A stretch of 64,000 nucleotides of DNA from an uncultured Collinsella sp. (GCA_902464645.1 CABQKL010000001.1:2387-66386), one strand, 5' to 3'. Positions 10,139 to 19,264 are shown, numbered from the stretch's first letter. Notes: generated by a model from the letters alone, not told the origin. Program-made: numbers and translations.

Positions 10139-11062
10139 CTACACGCCTACGACGACGAAGACGAACGCGAGGACCGCGATGCCGACGACGGCCCAGGTCT
10201 GGTTACCGAGCACCTTGAAGCGCGAACGGGAAACGGAGTTCTCGAGCACGCCGCAGACAACGAAATCGACCAGGCACTTGACAAGGAAGACGACGGCGCC
10301 CACGAGAGCGGTGACGCCGATGGTCGCGGGCTCTCCCCAGGGGATGAAGATGGAGGTGAACCAAGCGACGACCACGACCTGCTTCATGCCCATGGCGAGC
10401 TTCATCATGGCCAGGGACGGGCCGGAGAGCTCGGCGAGCGGGCCCTCCTGGAGCTCCTGCTCGGCTTCGGCCTGATCGAACGGAAGCTTGCCGAGCTCCA
10501 TATAGCAGGCGGCCGCGAAGGCGACGCCGGCGAGGATGACGGCGACGACGCTCGAGACGTTGCCCGTAACGATGTGCTGACCCATGGTCGCAATGTCCGT
10601 GGAGCCGCACACGATGGCGACGGTAAACAGCGCGATGAGCATGGACGGCTCGATGAGCACGCTCATGAGGAGCTCGCGGATACAGCCGAAGCCCGCGTAG
10701 GCGTTGGAGGAATCCACGCCGGACAGCGCGAAGAAGAAACGGGACAGCGCGAGCGCGTACATGATGGTGATGGCGTCACCAAAGACGGGTATGGGGCTCT
10801 CGAGCGTGAACATGGGCAGGCCCATGGCGAGCATGAACGACACCGCGAGGAACAGCGGCGGCATGATGCGCAGCACGAAGCTCGAGTCGGAACTCACGGA
10901 CTCGGGACGCGCCATGAGCTTCGCGAGGTCCCGGTAATCCTGAAGGATGGACGGACCGCGGCGATTGTGCATCTTCGCGCGAATCACACGGGCGAGGCCG
11001 GAGAAGAAGGGCGCGACCAGCATGACCACGAGGCCCTGCGCTATCGCAAGAACGATGTTCAT
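10139..11062 (-). CDS. hyfC: FHL membrane subunit (NuoH-like), HyfC/HycD
   Basis: RAKMHNRRGP and KLPFDQAEAEQELQEGPLAE motifs. Confidence 0.93.
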   Translation of the reverse strand: MNIVLAIAQGLVVMLVAPFFSGLARVIRAKMHNRRGPSILQDYRDLAKLMARPESVSSDSSFVLRIMPPLFLAVSFMLAMGLPMFTLESPIPVFGDAITIMYALALSRFFFALSGVDSSNAYAGFGCIRELLMSVLIEPSMLIALFTVAIVCGSTDIATMGQHIVTGNVSSVVAVILAGVAFAAACYMELGKLPFDQAEAEQELQEGPLAELSGPSLAMMKLAMGMKQVVVVAWFTSIFIPWGEPATIGVTALVGAVVFLVKCLVDFVVCGVLENSVSRSRFKVLGNQTWAVVGIAVLAFVFVVVGV

Positions 11063-11079
11063 AATATCCTCTCCCCTCT

Positions 11080-13098
11080 CTAGACCATGACCACGGCGAG
11101 CACGAGGAAGACCACGAGCGCCGCGACGATGTAGCAGATGTATACGGAGTAGTTGCCGCCCTCGATCTTGGAGGCGAGGCCGGCCAGCTTATCGGCACCC
11201 TCGCTCGGTGCATCGACCAGGAAGCGGTCGGGCAGGGGCTCAACGCCCTGGGCGACACCGGTGAGCTTCTGGAACACGTGCGCGATGGACCAGCAGATCT
11301 TGGTGCATACCTCGCGCAGGGTGTAGAGCGGGCCCATGAAGAGCTCTACGTCTGACGCGAAGCTCGTGGCGACGACGGGCATGTGCTCGTTGGGCTCGTA
11401 GCCGCACGCCCAAGGGTCGGTCTTCTTAGCGGGGGCCTTGGTGCCGAGGCAGGACCTCAACACGAACGCGAGGCCGGTGAGGACCACGAGCGCGATGGCG
11501 ATCGCGGGGGTGGAGGTGGCGGCACCGGAAATCTCGTTCACCAGAGACACGCCCGAGGTGGCTGTGACGGCAGAGCCGGCAAGCACGCTCTGGGCGACGT
11601 CGCCCAGAACCGGGGCGATGACGGGAGAGCCGATTCCCAGCACCACGCAGATGGCCGCGAGGAGCATCTGCGAGAACAACATCGGAGCCGGGGACTCCTT
11701 GGCGTTCGCGGCCTCCTGGGAACGAGGGCTGCTCGCGAACGAGACGCCGTAGGCCTTCACGAAGCACGTGACGGCCAGGGCACCGGTGATGGCGAGGGCG
11801 GCCGCGGAGGCGACGGCGAACACCATGACGACCGGGTCGGAGAGCGTCGAGATGTTGAACAGGGACTGGTAGGTGAACCACTCGGAAACGAAGCCGTTGA
11901 GCGGCGGGATAGCCGAGATGGCAAGGGCACCGATGAGGAAGCAGACGGCCGTGACCGGCATACGGCGGAACAGGCCGCCCATCTTCTCCATGTTGCGCGT
12001 ACCCGTGGCATAGAGCAGGGAGCCCGCGCCGAGGAACAGCTCGCCCTTGAACATGGCGTGGTTGAGCGTGTGGTAGAGGGCGGCCATGAGCGCGATCGTC
12101 GCGATGACGTCGTTGCCCAGGGCGTGCGCCGTCATGGACGCGCCGACACCGAGCAAGATGATGCCGATGTTCTCGACGGAGTGGTAGGCCAGCAGGCGCT
12201 TAATGTCGTGCTCGTGGAGGGCGTAGACGACGCCCAGGACCGACGAGATGGATCCAAAGACCAGGACCATGAGGCCCCACCAGAGCTGGACGCCCGAACC
12301 CGCGAGCAGGTCGAGACCGACCTTGAGGATTCCCAGGATGCCGATCTTGATCATGCCGCCGGACATGAGGGCGGACACGTTGGACGGCGCCTCGGGGTGC
12401 GCCTGGGGCAGCCAGGAGTGCAGCGGGATGATACCGGCCTTTGCGCCGAATCCGAAGAACGCGAGGACGAAGCACGCGGAGGAGACGGCGGGTCCAAAGT
12501 CATGCGTACGGAAATCACTGAAGCTGAAGGAACCGCCCACGCCGTTGGTCATGAGCAGGAAGCTCGCCATGATAAGGACAAAGCCCACGTGCGCGATGAC
12601 GAAGTAGAGCCAACCGCCCCTAATGGAGTTCTTGTTCTCCTCGATAACGACAAGGAAGTAGCTCGTAAGGGACATGAGCTCAAAGGCGACCAGGAACCAG
12701 AACACGTTGTCGGCAGTGATGACGAGCATCATCGAGGCGACGAAGGTGTTCATGAAGAAACCGGCGCGCCCGACCTTGCCCGGGTACTCATCGAAGTAGG
12801 ACAGACCGTAGATGAAGCCCGCAAAGGCGAGGATTGAGATGAGGACCACGATCAGGCCCGCAAGGCCGTTGAGCAAGAGCTCGAGACGGGCGAACGGGAA
12901 AAAGAAGACCGTGTTGAGGGACGAAACGTCGCCAAGCACGGCCTCGAGGCCCGCGATGAACGACAGCACGGCCGCGACGGCGCCGATCAGGCAGCCGGCG
13001 GTCTTGGCGGCGTTGTCGGCCTTGATCAGCAGAACCGAGGCGAGCGCACCGATGCACGAGACGGCAAGCGATGCGATAAACAGCGTCATGCTATCCAT
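11080..13098 (-). CDS. hyfB: Hydrogenase-4 membrane subunit B / HycC
   Basis: KAGIIPLHSWLPQAHPEAPSNVSALMSG, LLAYHSVENIG, PPLNGFVSEW and PWACG motifs. Confidence 0.94.
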   Translation of the reverse strand: MDSMTLFIASLAVSCIGALASVLLIKADNAAKTAGCLIGAVAAVLSFIAGLEAVLGDVSSLNTVFFFPFARLELLLNGLAGLIVVLISILAFAGFIYGLSYFDEYPGKVGRAGFFMNTFVASMMLVITADNVFWFLVAFELMSLTSYFLVVIEENKNSIRGGWLYFVIAHVGFVLIMASFLLMTNGVGGSFSFSDFRTHDFGPAVSSACFVLAFFGFGAKAGIIPLHSWLPQAHPEAPSNVSALMSGGMIKIGILGILKVGLDLLAGSGVQLWWGLMVLVFGSISSVLGVVYALHEHDIKRLLAYHSVENIGIILLGVGASMTAHALGNDVIATIALMAALYHTLNHAMFKGELFLGAGSLLYATGTRNMEKMGGLFRRMPVTAVCFLIGALAISAIPPLNGFVSEWFTYQSLFNISTLSDPVVMVFAVASAAALAITGALAVTCFVKAYGVSFASSPRSQEAANAKESPAPMLFSQMLLAAICVVLGIGSPVIAPVLGDVAQSVLAGSAVTATSGVSLVNEISGAATSTPAIAIALVVLTGLAFVLRSCLGTKAPAKKTDPWACGYEPNEHMPVVATSFASDVELFMGPLYTLREVCTKICWSIAHVFQKLTGVAQGVEPLPDRFLVDAPSEGADKLAGLASKIEGGNYSVYICYIVAALVVFLVLAVVMV

Positions 13099-13708
13099 TG
13101 TTTACGCTCCCTTCTGCTTTCTCGGACAGGCCCTGGGCCACAGCGGTAGCGTCGACGGACGGACCGTTTTCGATCGAGCGCAGGCGCTTGGCCTCGTCGA
13201 GCTCGCGATCGGCCGCGCCGCCCATGACGGTCAGAGCCTTGGTGGGGCACGCCGCCACACAATGCGGGCCGTCCGGATCGAAGGCGCACAGGTCGCACTT
13301 GACAGCGCAGGTGTACTGGCCAGGAGCCCACGTAAGCAGGCTGCTCAGGGACTTAGGATACGAAGGCGTCGGGTCGCACATGCCTGCGACACCGGTGATA
13401 GACGTGCCATCGGGATGGATGGCACCGAAGGGGCACGCGATGGCGCACAGCCTGCACCCGATGCACTCCTGCTCCTTGACGTGGATGCGATCGCCATCGT
13501 GCTCGATGGCATTCACCGGGCAAACCTCGGCGCAGGGGGCACCCTCGCAATGGTGGCAGGCAAGGGCGGCCGAAATACCGCCGGTCTTCACGAGCGCCAG
13601 GCGCGGCGTATCCTGAAGACCCTGCATCCGGTGGGCGTCGGCACAGGCGGACTGGCATGTCCCGCAGCCGATGCACCTCTCCGGGTTGATGTCGATGAAG
13701 CGGTTCAT
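13091..13708 (-). CDS. hyfA: 4x[4Fe-4S] electron-transfer subunit HyfA/HycB
   Basis: CIGCGTCQSAC, CHHCEGAPCAEVCP, CIGCRLCAIACP and KCDLC...CVAACP motifs. Confidence 0.9.
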   Translation of the reverse strand: MNRFIDINPERCIGCGTCQSACADAHRMQGLQDTPRLALVKTGGISAALACHHCEGAPCAEVCPVNAIEHDGDRIHVKEQECIGCRLCAIACPFGAIHPDGTSITGVAGMCDPTPSYPKSLSSLLTWAPGQYTCAVKCDLCAFDPDGPHCVAACPTKALTVMGGAADRELDEAKRLRSIENGPSVDATAVAQGLSEKAEGSVNNG

Positions 13709-13721
13709 CCCCACTTCCTTT

Positions 13722-13765
13722 CAAAATAACGGGCCGGGGTCCCGAACGTACGGGACGCCCGGCCC
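13722..13765 (-). terminator. Intrinsic terminator-like hairpin between fdhF and hyfA
   Basis: Minus strand GGGCCGGG-C-GTCCCG-TACGTT-CGGGAC-CCCGGCCC followed by GTTATTTT. Confidence 0.6.
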
Positions 13766-13786
13766 AAAAAGCCAACGAGAACGGGA

Positions 13787-16009
13787 CTACACGATTTGGT
13801 TCACGTGCGTCTCGTCGTCGAACTTGGCGGCGCCGGGCTCAACGTCTTGGGGAGCGGCGGCGTCCACCAGAGCCTGCTTGAGCTCGGTATACTGACGCTC
13901 GACTTCGCCCTCTGCCCAAACCTGGTCGGCAATGGCGTCGACCTGGCAGGCGGAGAACTTATCCTCGGGCGTGTGCGAGACCGGGTCGACCTTGTGAATG
14001 GTCAGCTCATTGCACTTGCCGATCCACCACTGGTAGGTCATGTAGACCGTGCCCTTGTTGATGCGATCGCTCACGTCGGCGCGGCTGTATACCTGGCCGC
14101 GGCGGCTGTGAATCGAGACGATATCGCCATTCTTGATGCCGCGCGCCTGGGCGTCCGCGGGATTCATGCGGACAAAGCCGGGCTCGTCGGCAAGCAGCGC
14201 CAGCGTCTTGCAGTTGCCGGTCATCGAGCGGCAGCTGTAGTGGCCGACCTCGCGGACGGTGCACAGGATGAGCGGGTACTCATCATCGGGAAGCTCGGAG
14301 GGCGCCTCCCAGTCGTGCGCCATCAGGTTGGCGCGGCCGTCCTTGGTGGTGAACTTGCCACCAGCGAACATGTCGGGCGTACCGTGGTCGTTCACATCGG
14401 TGCTCTTGACGGGCCACTGGGCGTAGCCGCCCTCGGGAGCCATCTTCTCGTAAGTCGCGCCCACAAAGTTGGGGCACAGGCTAATGCACTCGTTCCAGAT
14501 CTGCTCGGTGTTGTCGTAGTGCATGGGGTAACCCATGCGCGTAGACAGGTCCGCGAAGATCTCCCAGTCGTGACGGCACTCGCCCTTGGGCGGAACGGCC
14601 GCGTCAAAGTGCTGGAAGCTACGGTCGGATGCGGTAAAGACACCCTCGTGCTCGCCCCAAGAGGTAGCGGGCAGGATGACGTCGGCGAGCATGGTCGTCT
14701 GCGTCATAAAGATGTCCTGGCAAATGAACAGATCCAGCTCGGAGAGCGTCTTGCGCATACCGGCCGAATCGGGCTCGGTCTGCACCGGGTCCTCGCCGTA
14801 GTTGTAGAAGCAGTGCACCTTGCCCTCGTCGACCAGGTGGCCCAGGTCGGTGAGTTTGTAGCCCTCCTCGAGCGGGAGCTTTTCCTCGGGCACGCCCCAA
14901 GCCTTGGCAAACTTGGCACGCACAGCCGGGTCGGTGACCTTCTGGTAGCCAGGGTACAGGTTGGGCAGCATGCCCATATCGCAGGAGCCCTGGACGTTGT
15001 TCTGACCGCGCACGGGCGCGAGGCCGGAATTGGGTTTGCCGATCTGGCCGGCAACGCAGGCGATGGAGGCGATGGTGTGCACCGTCTTCAGGTTCTGCTT
15101 CTGCTGGCATACGCCCATGCCCCAGCCAATGATGGCAGAAGGCTTCGCCGTGGCGTACATCTCGGCAGCTTGGTGGATCAACGCGGGCTCGACACCCGTG
15201 ATGTCCTGTACGGATTCGGGAGTGTAGTTCTTGATGGTCTCCCACCACTCGTCAAAGCCGTTCGTGTGCTCGGCGACGAATTCCTTGTCGTAGAGGCCAT
15301 CGTTGACCAAGCAGTTGGCAAAGGCGTTGAGGAACGCGACGTTGCAACCGTTCTTGATCGGAAGGTAGAGATCGGCGATACGCGCGGTTTCGATATGGCG
15401 CGGATCGGCGACGATGATCTTGCAACCCTTTTCTTTGGCTCGCACGATACGCCTTGCGACGATGGGGTGCGAATCGGCAGGGTTATAGCCGAAGAGGAAA
15501 ATGCAGCCCGCATCCTCCATACCGGGGATGGAGCATGACATGCAACCTGAACCAACCGTGTCCATCAGACCGAGGACAGTAGGGCCGTGTCAAGTACGGG
15601 CGCAGTTGTCCACGCTGTGGGTGCCGATGCACGCACGCGTAAACTTCTGCATGACGTAGTTCGCCTCATTGCCGCCGCCTCGCGAAGAGCCGGTGGTCAT
15701 GACAGCGTTAGGACCATATTCGTCAATTATGGCCTGCATCTTAGATGCGGTGAAATCCAGTGCCTCGTCCCAGCTTACGCGCTCAAGACCCGCGCCCTTA
15801 GTGCGGCGGATCATCGGGTGCAGTACGCGAGGAGTCAAGATCTTGGTGTCGTTGATGAAGTCGTAGCCGCTCATACCCTTAAGGCACAGCTCGCCCTGAT
15901 TGGTGATGCCGTTGAGCGGTTCGGTACCCACGACCTGGCCGTTTTGGACCAGGAGGTTAAACTGGCAACCGGCGCCGCAGTACGGGCAGATCACTTTATG
16001 CTTCTCCAT
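13787..16009 (-). CDS. fdhF: Selenocysteine-containing formate dehydrogenase H (740 aa, Sec140)
   Basis: ORF-track pieces 15590..16060 and 13787..15565 are in the same frame and joined by a TGA at 15590-15592: DNCART-U-HGPTVLGL, matching the FdhF CARV-U-HGPSV motif. Also CPYCGAGC...LCLKG and RGQNNVQG; SD AAGGAGG before MEKHKV. Confidence 0.96.
15555..15589 (-). promoter_or_regulatory. Bacterial SECIS element of fdhF
   Basis: After the UGA: CACGGCCCUAC-UGUCCUC-GGUCU-GA(U)GGACA; stem-loop with apical GGU 18 nt downstream of the UGA. Confidence 0.75.
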
Positions 16010-16083
16010 GACACCCTCCTTCCTTTTTCTGCTACCGAATACTCGGTACTTATTTGACAATCATTGGGCCTGTCGCCCGACGC

Positions 16084-16602
16084 TTACGCCTCGTTTTCGA
16101 TGGTGGCGCGGGCACGCTCGGCAGTCAGTTCTGCCAGACGCTCCTCGTCTACCAGGGTGAGGCCCTTGGTCGGGCATGCCTCGGCACACGCCGGACCGCC
16201 GGGACGGTCCACGCACAGGTCGCACTTGAGCACGAAGCTCTTAGTCTGCGAACCGACGCGAACGTCACCCATCAAGACGGGGACCTGCGTGGTCGCCACG
16301 CTCACGGCGCCAAAGGGGCATGCCATGACGCAGCTCTTGCAGCCAATGCAGTTGTCCTCGTTGACGCCGATGCGATGGTTCTTTGGATCAAAGAACAAGG
16401 CGCCCGTAGGACAAGCCTTGGCGCACGGGGCATCCTCGCAGTGATGGCAAGCCACCGGTGCGGAGATCTCGTACGTACGCGTCACGCGCAGGCGCGGCGC
16501 GGCGATGTTGCCGGGAATATCGTGTGCCTCGATGCACGCCGCCATACAGGTTTGGCATCCAATGCAGCGTGAAGAATCAGCCACAACTCGTTTATTGCCC
16601 AT
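16084..16602 (-). CDS. hydN: HydN-like 4Fe-4S dicluster protein
   Basis: Four Cys-cluster motifs (CIGCQTCMAAC, CHHCEDAPCAKACP, CIGCKSCVMACP, KCDLC); first gene of the operon, upstream of fdhF; SD GGAGGGAG. Confidence 0.85.
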   Translation of the reverse strand: MGNKRVVADSSRCIGCQTCMAACIEAHDIPGNIAAPRLRVTRTYEISAPVACHHCEDAPCAKACPTGALFFDPKNHRIGVNEDNCIGCKSCVMACPFGAVSVATTQVPVLMGDVRVGSQTKSFVLKCDLCVDRPGGPACAEACPTKGLTLVDEERLAELTAERARATIENEA

Positions 16603-16967
16603 GTTGTTCACTCCCTCCTGAATCCCATGCCGGAGAGACCCTGTCGACGTTGCCCCAAGCCGCCCGTGGCCTGGCGTCGGCATATCGAATGCATGCGGCG
16701 AAACAGGCACTTCGATAGAATTCCTCCAACGATATACAGGTTAAATATACGCAGTTGCAGGTGGCAAACTTGAGCATAAGCCCTGCAATACGGGTGTATT
16801 GCAGGGGTTTTGACAGGTTGGAATTATTCTCTAGAAGCTATAAAGGTGAGTGTATTACATGCGTACATCCAAGGGAGATTTCACGCTCGTTTCTGAAAGA
16901 TGTAGTACGTTTGTAATATCGTTTACACTCAATTACTCTAGTGCAATAAAGTAGTGGTTGTAAGATT

Positions 16968-17005
16968 GGCTATTATTAGCCGATGTTGTATTTGACTATT
17001 CAAAT
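16968..17005 (+). promoter_or_regulatory. Probable autoregulatory operators of the TA operon
   Basis: Two short palindromes, GGCTA-TTAT-TAGCC (16968-16981) and ATTTGA-CTAT-TCAAAT (16990-17005), just upstream of the antitoxin SD. Confidence 0.45.
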
Positions 17006-17031
17006 TGCACGCTCATTAAGGGAGGCCAGTG

Positions 17032-17355
17032 ATGTCATCGACTCAAAAACGAGCCATCCTGCAGGTGCGCATTCGCGAGGAAGACAAGCAGCATGCCGAG
17101 CGTCTTTACGACGCCATGGGCACATCGCTCGCCGAGGCTGTCCGTTTATTTGTCGCGCAAAGCATTTTGATGCGCAAGCTCCCCTTTCAGCCGGTCGCCG
17201 TGCGCTCAAAGGACGGCACGGCCGCCTATGGACTGCTCAAAGCATACGGGGACCCCAATCGCCGCTCCGAGGAGCGCAATGCCTGGATTGAATACCTAGC
17301 CACAGAAAGCGACGAGTCGGTTTTGGGTCCCGAGGAAGTAGATATCCATGAGTAG
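17032..17355 (+). CDS. RelB/DinJ-family antitoxin (ribbon-helix-helix)
   Basis: LQVRIREEDKQHAERLYDAMGTSLAEAVRLFVAQSI...LPF is the DinJ/RelB pattern; SD GGAGG; overlaps the next gene. Confidence 0.85.
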   Translation: MSSTQKRAILQVRIREEDKQHAERLYDAMGTSLAEAVRLFVAQSILMRKLPFQPVAVRSKDGTAAYGLLKAYGDPNRRSEERNAWIEYLATESDESVLGPEEVDIHE

Positions 17356-17824
17356 CACCATCATCGACGAGACCGTCATCCTTCGCTACCTGCTTAACGA
17401 CGACGAGGTCCTGTCACCGCGCGCCGCCAAGGTCATCGCCACGCGCACCGCACGTGTCTACCCCGAAATCATCACGCGCGTCGTGGTCACGCTGCGCGAC
17501 GTCTATAAGGTTCCCCGCGTTGAAATTGCTGCGGCCATGAAAAGGCTGCTCGATGACGTCATGGTCGACGAGCCCACCGTTGTCGCCCTTGCCGTCAAAC
17601 TCTTCGGCAAGACCCATATGGACTTTACCGACTGCCTCCTCGCAGCCCGAACCGCCATCTACAACGATGATGTCGTGAGCTTTGGCAAGCCCATCATCCA
17701 AGGCATGATCGATTACCGCCGTAAACGCCAAACCGCCGCCGACGCTCGCGACCGCGCCGCCGAAGCCCGCAGCCAAAGCACCGACTCCACCATCGACAAG
17801 CTCCGCCATCACGGTCGCCACTAA
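17348..17824 (+). CDS. PIN-domain (VapC-like) protein, putative toxin
   Basis: IIDETVILRYL, PEII, YKVPR and MDFTDCLLAA motifs; translationally coupled to the antitoxin; charged C-terminal tail. Confidence 0.8.
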   Translation: MSSTIIDETVILRYLLNDDEVLSPRAAKVIATRTARVYPEIITRVVVTLRDVYKVPRVEIAAAMKRLLDDVMVDEPTVVALAVKLFGKTHMDFTDCLLAARTAIYNDDVVSFGKPIIQGMIDYRRKRQTAADARDRAAEARSQSTDSTIDKLRHHGRH

Positions 17825-17828
17825 CCCC

Positions 17829-17902
17829 ATCCCCACCTGAGTTGCGGTGAAATACGGACTGATGCCTTTAAAGGCCACAACAGTCCGTATTTCACCGCAA
17901 CT
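17829..17902. repeat. REP-like palindrome, family A, copy 1
   Basis: Perfect 22-bp inverted repeat AGTTGCGGTGAAATACGGACTG (17840-17861) / 17881-17902 with a 19-nt spacer, preceded by ATCCCCACC. Confidence 0.95.
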
Positions 17903-18953
17903 TATTGAAGGTGGACCGCGAACGATTTCGCCATCGGGAGTCGGCGTAGGGTTTTATTGTCGGAATGCCGTAACCGCGCATCATGGCACCGAACGATTCT
18001 ACGTCGTAGGTGTCCGAGAGTTTGAAATGAATGACGTTGTGGCCCATGGCGCGAAGGTTCGCGTCGCGCATGAGGGCCGCTCGATACGTTTTTGCCGCCG
18101 CCCGCTCTGGATCATTTTGAGCCTCGTCTTCAAACTTGCCTAGCCCATGCAGCTCTGCCAGCGTCCATGAGCCGTCTGGCATCTGCCAGCCATAATCTGC
18201 TAGATAATAGCCAGCGTTTCCCGGTCGCGTTATCTCAACTTGAAGCTCGGGCGCGGCAACCCCAGCGAGAATCATCGCTGCTCTCGCCTCAGACTCGCCG
18301 CCATTGTCTGACCTGCCGTCCATATACTCAAAAACGTCAAAAGCACGCGCGATGCCATGCAGCCCTCGACAATTTGCCTGCGCATATGCTCGCAGCTCTT
18401 CGCGTTCGACATCGTACTCACGGGCCAAGCCATCGACATAACCCAGCGCATAGCGAAAGGCGCTCGATCGCGCGATATCAACAACCGTTCGACACGGATC
18501 CGTCAGTGTAAACAGACCAAGCCGCCACACTTCGCCCGGGCGCCAGCGCTTGTATTCAACGAACTCATACGTATCACGCCTTGTAGACCGTGGCAGCAGC
18601 ACTTGCACTTTATCCAGAAGCGTATACGCCGAGCCGATGCCGTAGAGCAACGCTGCTGTCGCTCCGCAAAACACAGCATCCGGTTCAACGACCGCAATAG
18701 CGGATGCCAGCTGAAAGATACGATCTTCAACCCCAAGATTATTCCAATAGACCGGATCCGCATACACATGGTTGTAAAGACGAAGCATGAGCTCTTCCTG
18801 CATAAGCTCGCGCGCACGGCGTTCATCCCAAGGATCAATTGTTATAAGCAGCTGTCCATCTTGATGAATTCCAACGGCCGAGAATAGCATCCTTGCATAG
18901 GACTGCGGAAAATGTTTGCCTTTATCGAGCATGGCCAACCCCATAACCATCAC
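17892..18953 (-). CDS. Actinobacterial AbiEi-like / DUF559(Vsr)-like putative nuclease protein
   Basis: Motif order FCGATAALLYG, TDPCRTVVD, SDNGGESEAR, PELQ, ADYGW, AELHGLGKF, RDANLRAMGHNVIHF resembles the AbiEi-type N-terminus plus DUF559-type C-terminus proteins of actinobacteria; visibly lower GC than neighbours; start codon uncertain. Confidence 0.7.
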   Translation of the reverse strand: MMVMGLAMLDKGKHFPQSYARMLFSAVGIHQDGQLLITIDPWDERRARELMQEELMLRLYNHVYADPVYWNNLGVEDRIFQLASAIAVVEPDAVFCGATAALLYGIGSAYTLLDKVQVLLPRSTRRDTYEFVEYKRWRPGEVWRLGLFTLTDPCRTVVDIARSSAFRYALGYVDGLAREYDVEREELRAYAQANCRGLHGIARAFDVFEYMDGRSDNGGESEARAAMILAGVAAPELQVEITRPGNAGYYLADYGWQMPDGSWTLAELHGLGKFEDEAQNDPERAAAKTYRAALMRDANLRAMGHNVIHFKLSDTYDVESFGAMMRGYGIPTIKPYADSRWRNRSRSTFNKLR

Positions 18954-19117
18954 GGCGGAGAGAATACCATTACGCTATCGCATGCTTCCGTCCGCAGGCC
19001 TTGCCAAAAGCTGACCAAAAGCTTGACGTCGCAGGTCAGAGCTTCAAAAAATATTTCCACTCTCGGTAGACGGTCGCTACGATCCTCCCAACGGCATCAA
19101 AATCCAACCTTACAAAT

Positions 19118-19194
19118 AGTTGCGGTGAAATACGGACTACATGGGCCATAAAAGCCGAAAACAGTCCGTATTTCACCGCAACTTAGGTGGGGAT
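19118..19194. repeat. REP-like palindrome, family A, copy 2
   Basis: Perfect 21-bp inverted repeat 19118-19138 / 19163-19183, followed by TAGGTGGGGAT (inverse of the copy 1 flank). Confidence 0.95.
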
Positions 19195-19216
19195 GTGGGG
19201 TCCCCGGCACGTTTAC

Positions 19217-19253
19217 GAAAACGGCTCTGATCCCAAAGGGAATCAGAGCCGTT
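19217..19253 (-). terminator. Intrinsic terminator of the tRNA-Pro/tRNA-Gly transcript
   Basis: Minus strand AACGGCTCTGAT-TCCCTTTGGG-ATCAGAGCCGTT hairpin running into a T tract. Confidence 0.8.
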
Positions 19254-19264
19254 AAGCTATCTTG

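Noticed and set aside
15590..16060. fdhF as a split gene or pseudogene
   Set aside because: The interrupting TGA is at the canonical Sec position with a SECIS-like hairpin, and selD is nearby.
17829..19194. Classical IS element
   Set aside because: Terminal inverted repeats are present, but the enclosed protein shows no DDE, HUH or serine/tyrosine recombinase motifs and no target-site duplication is evident.
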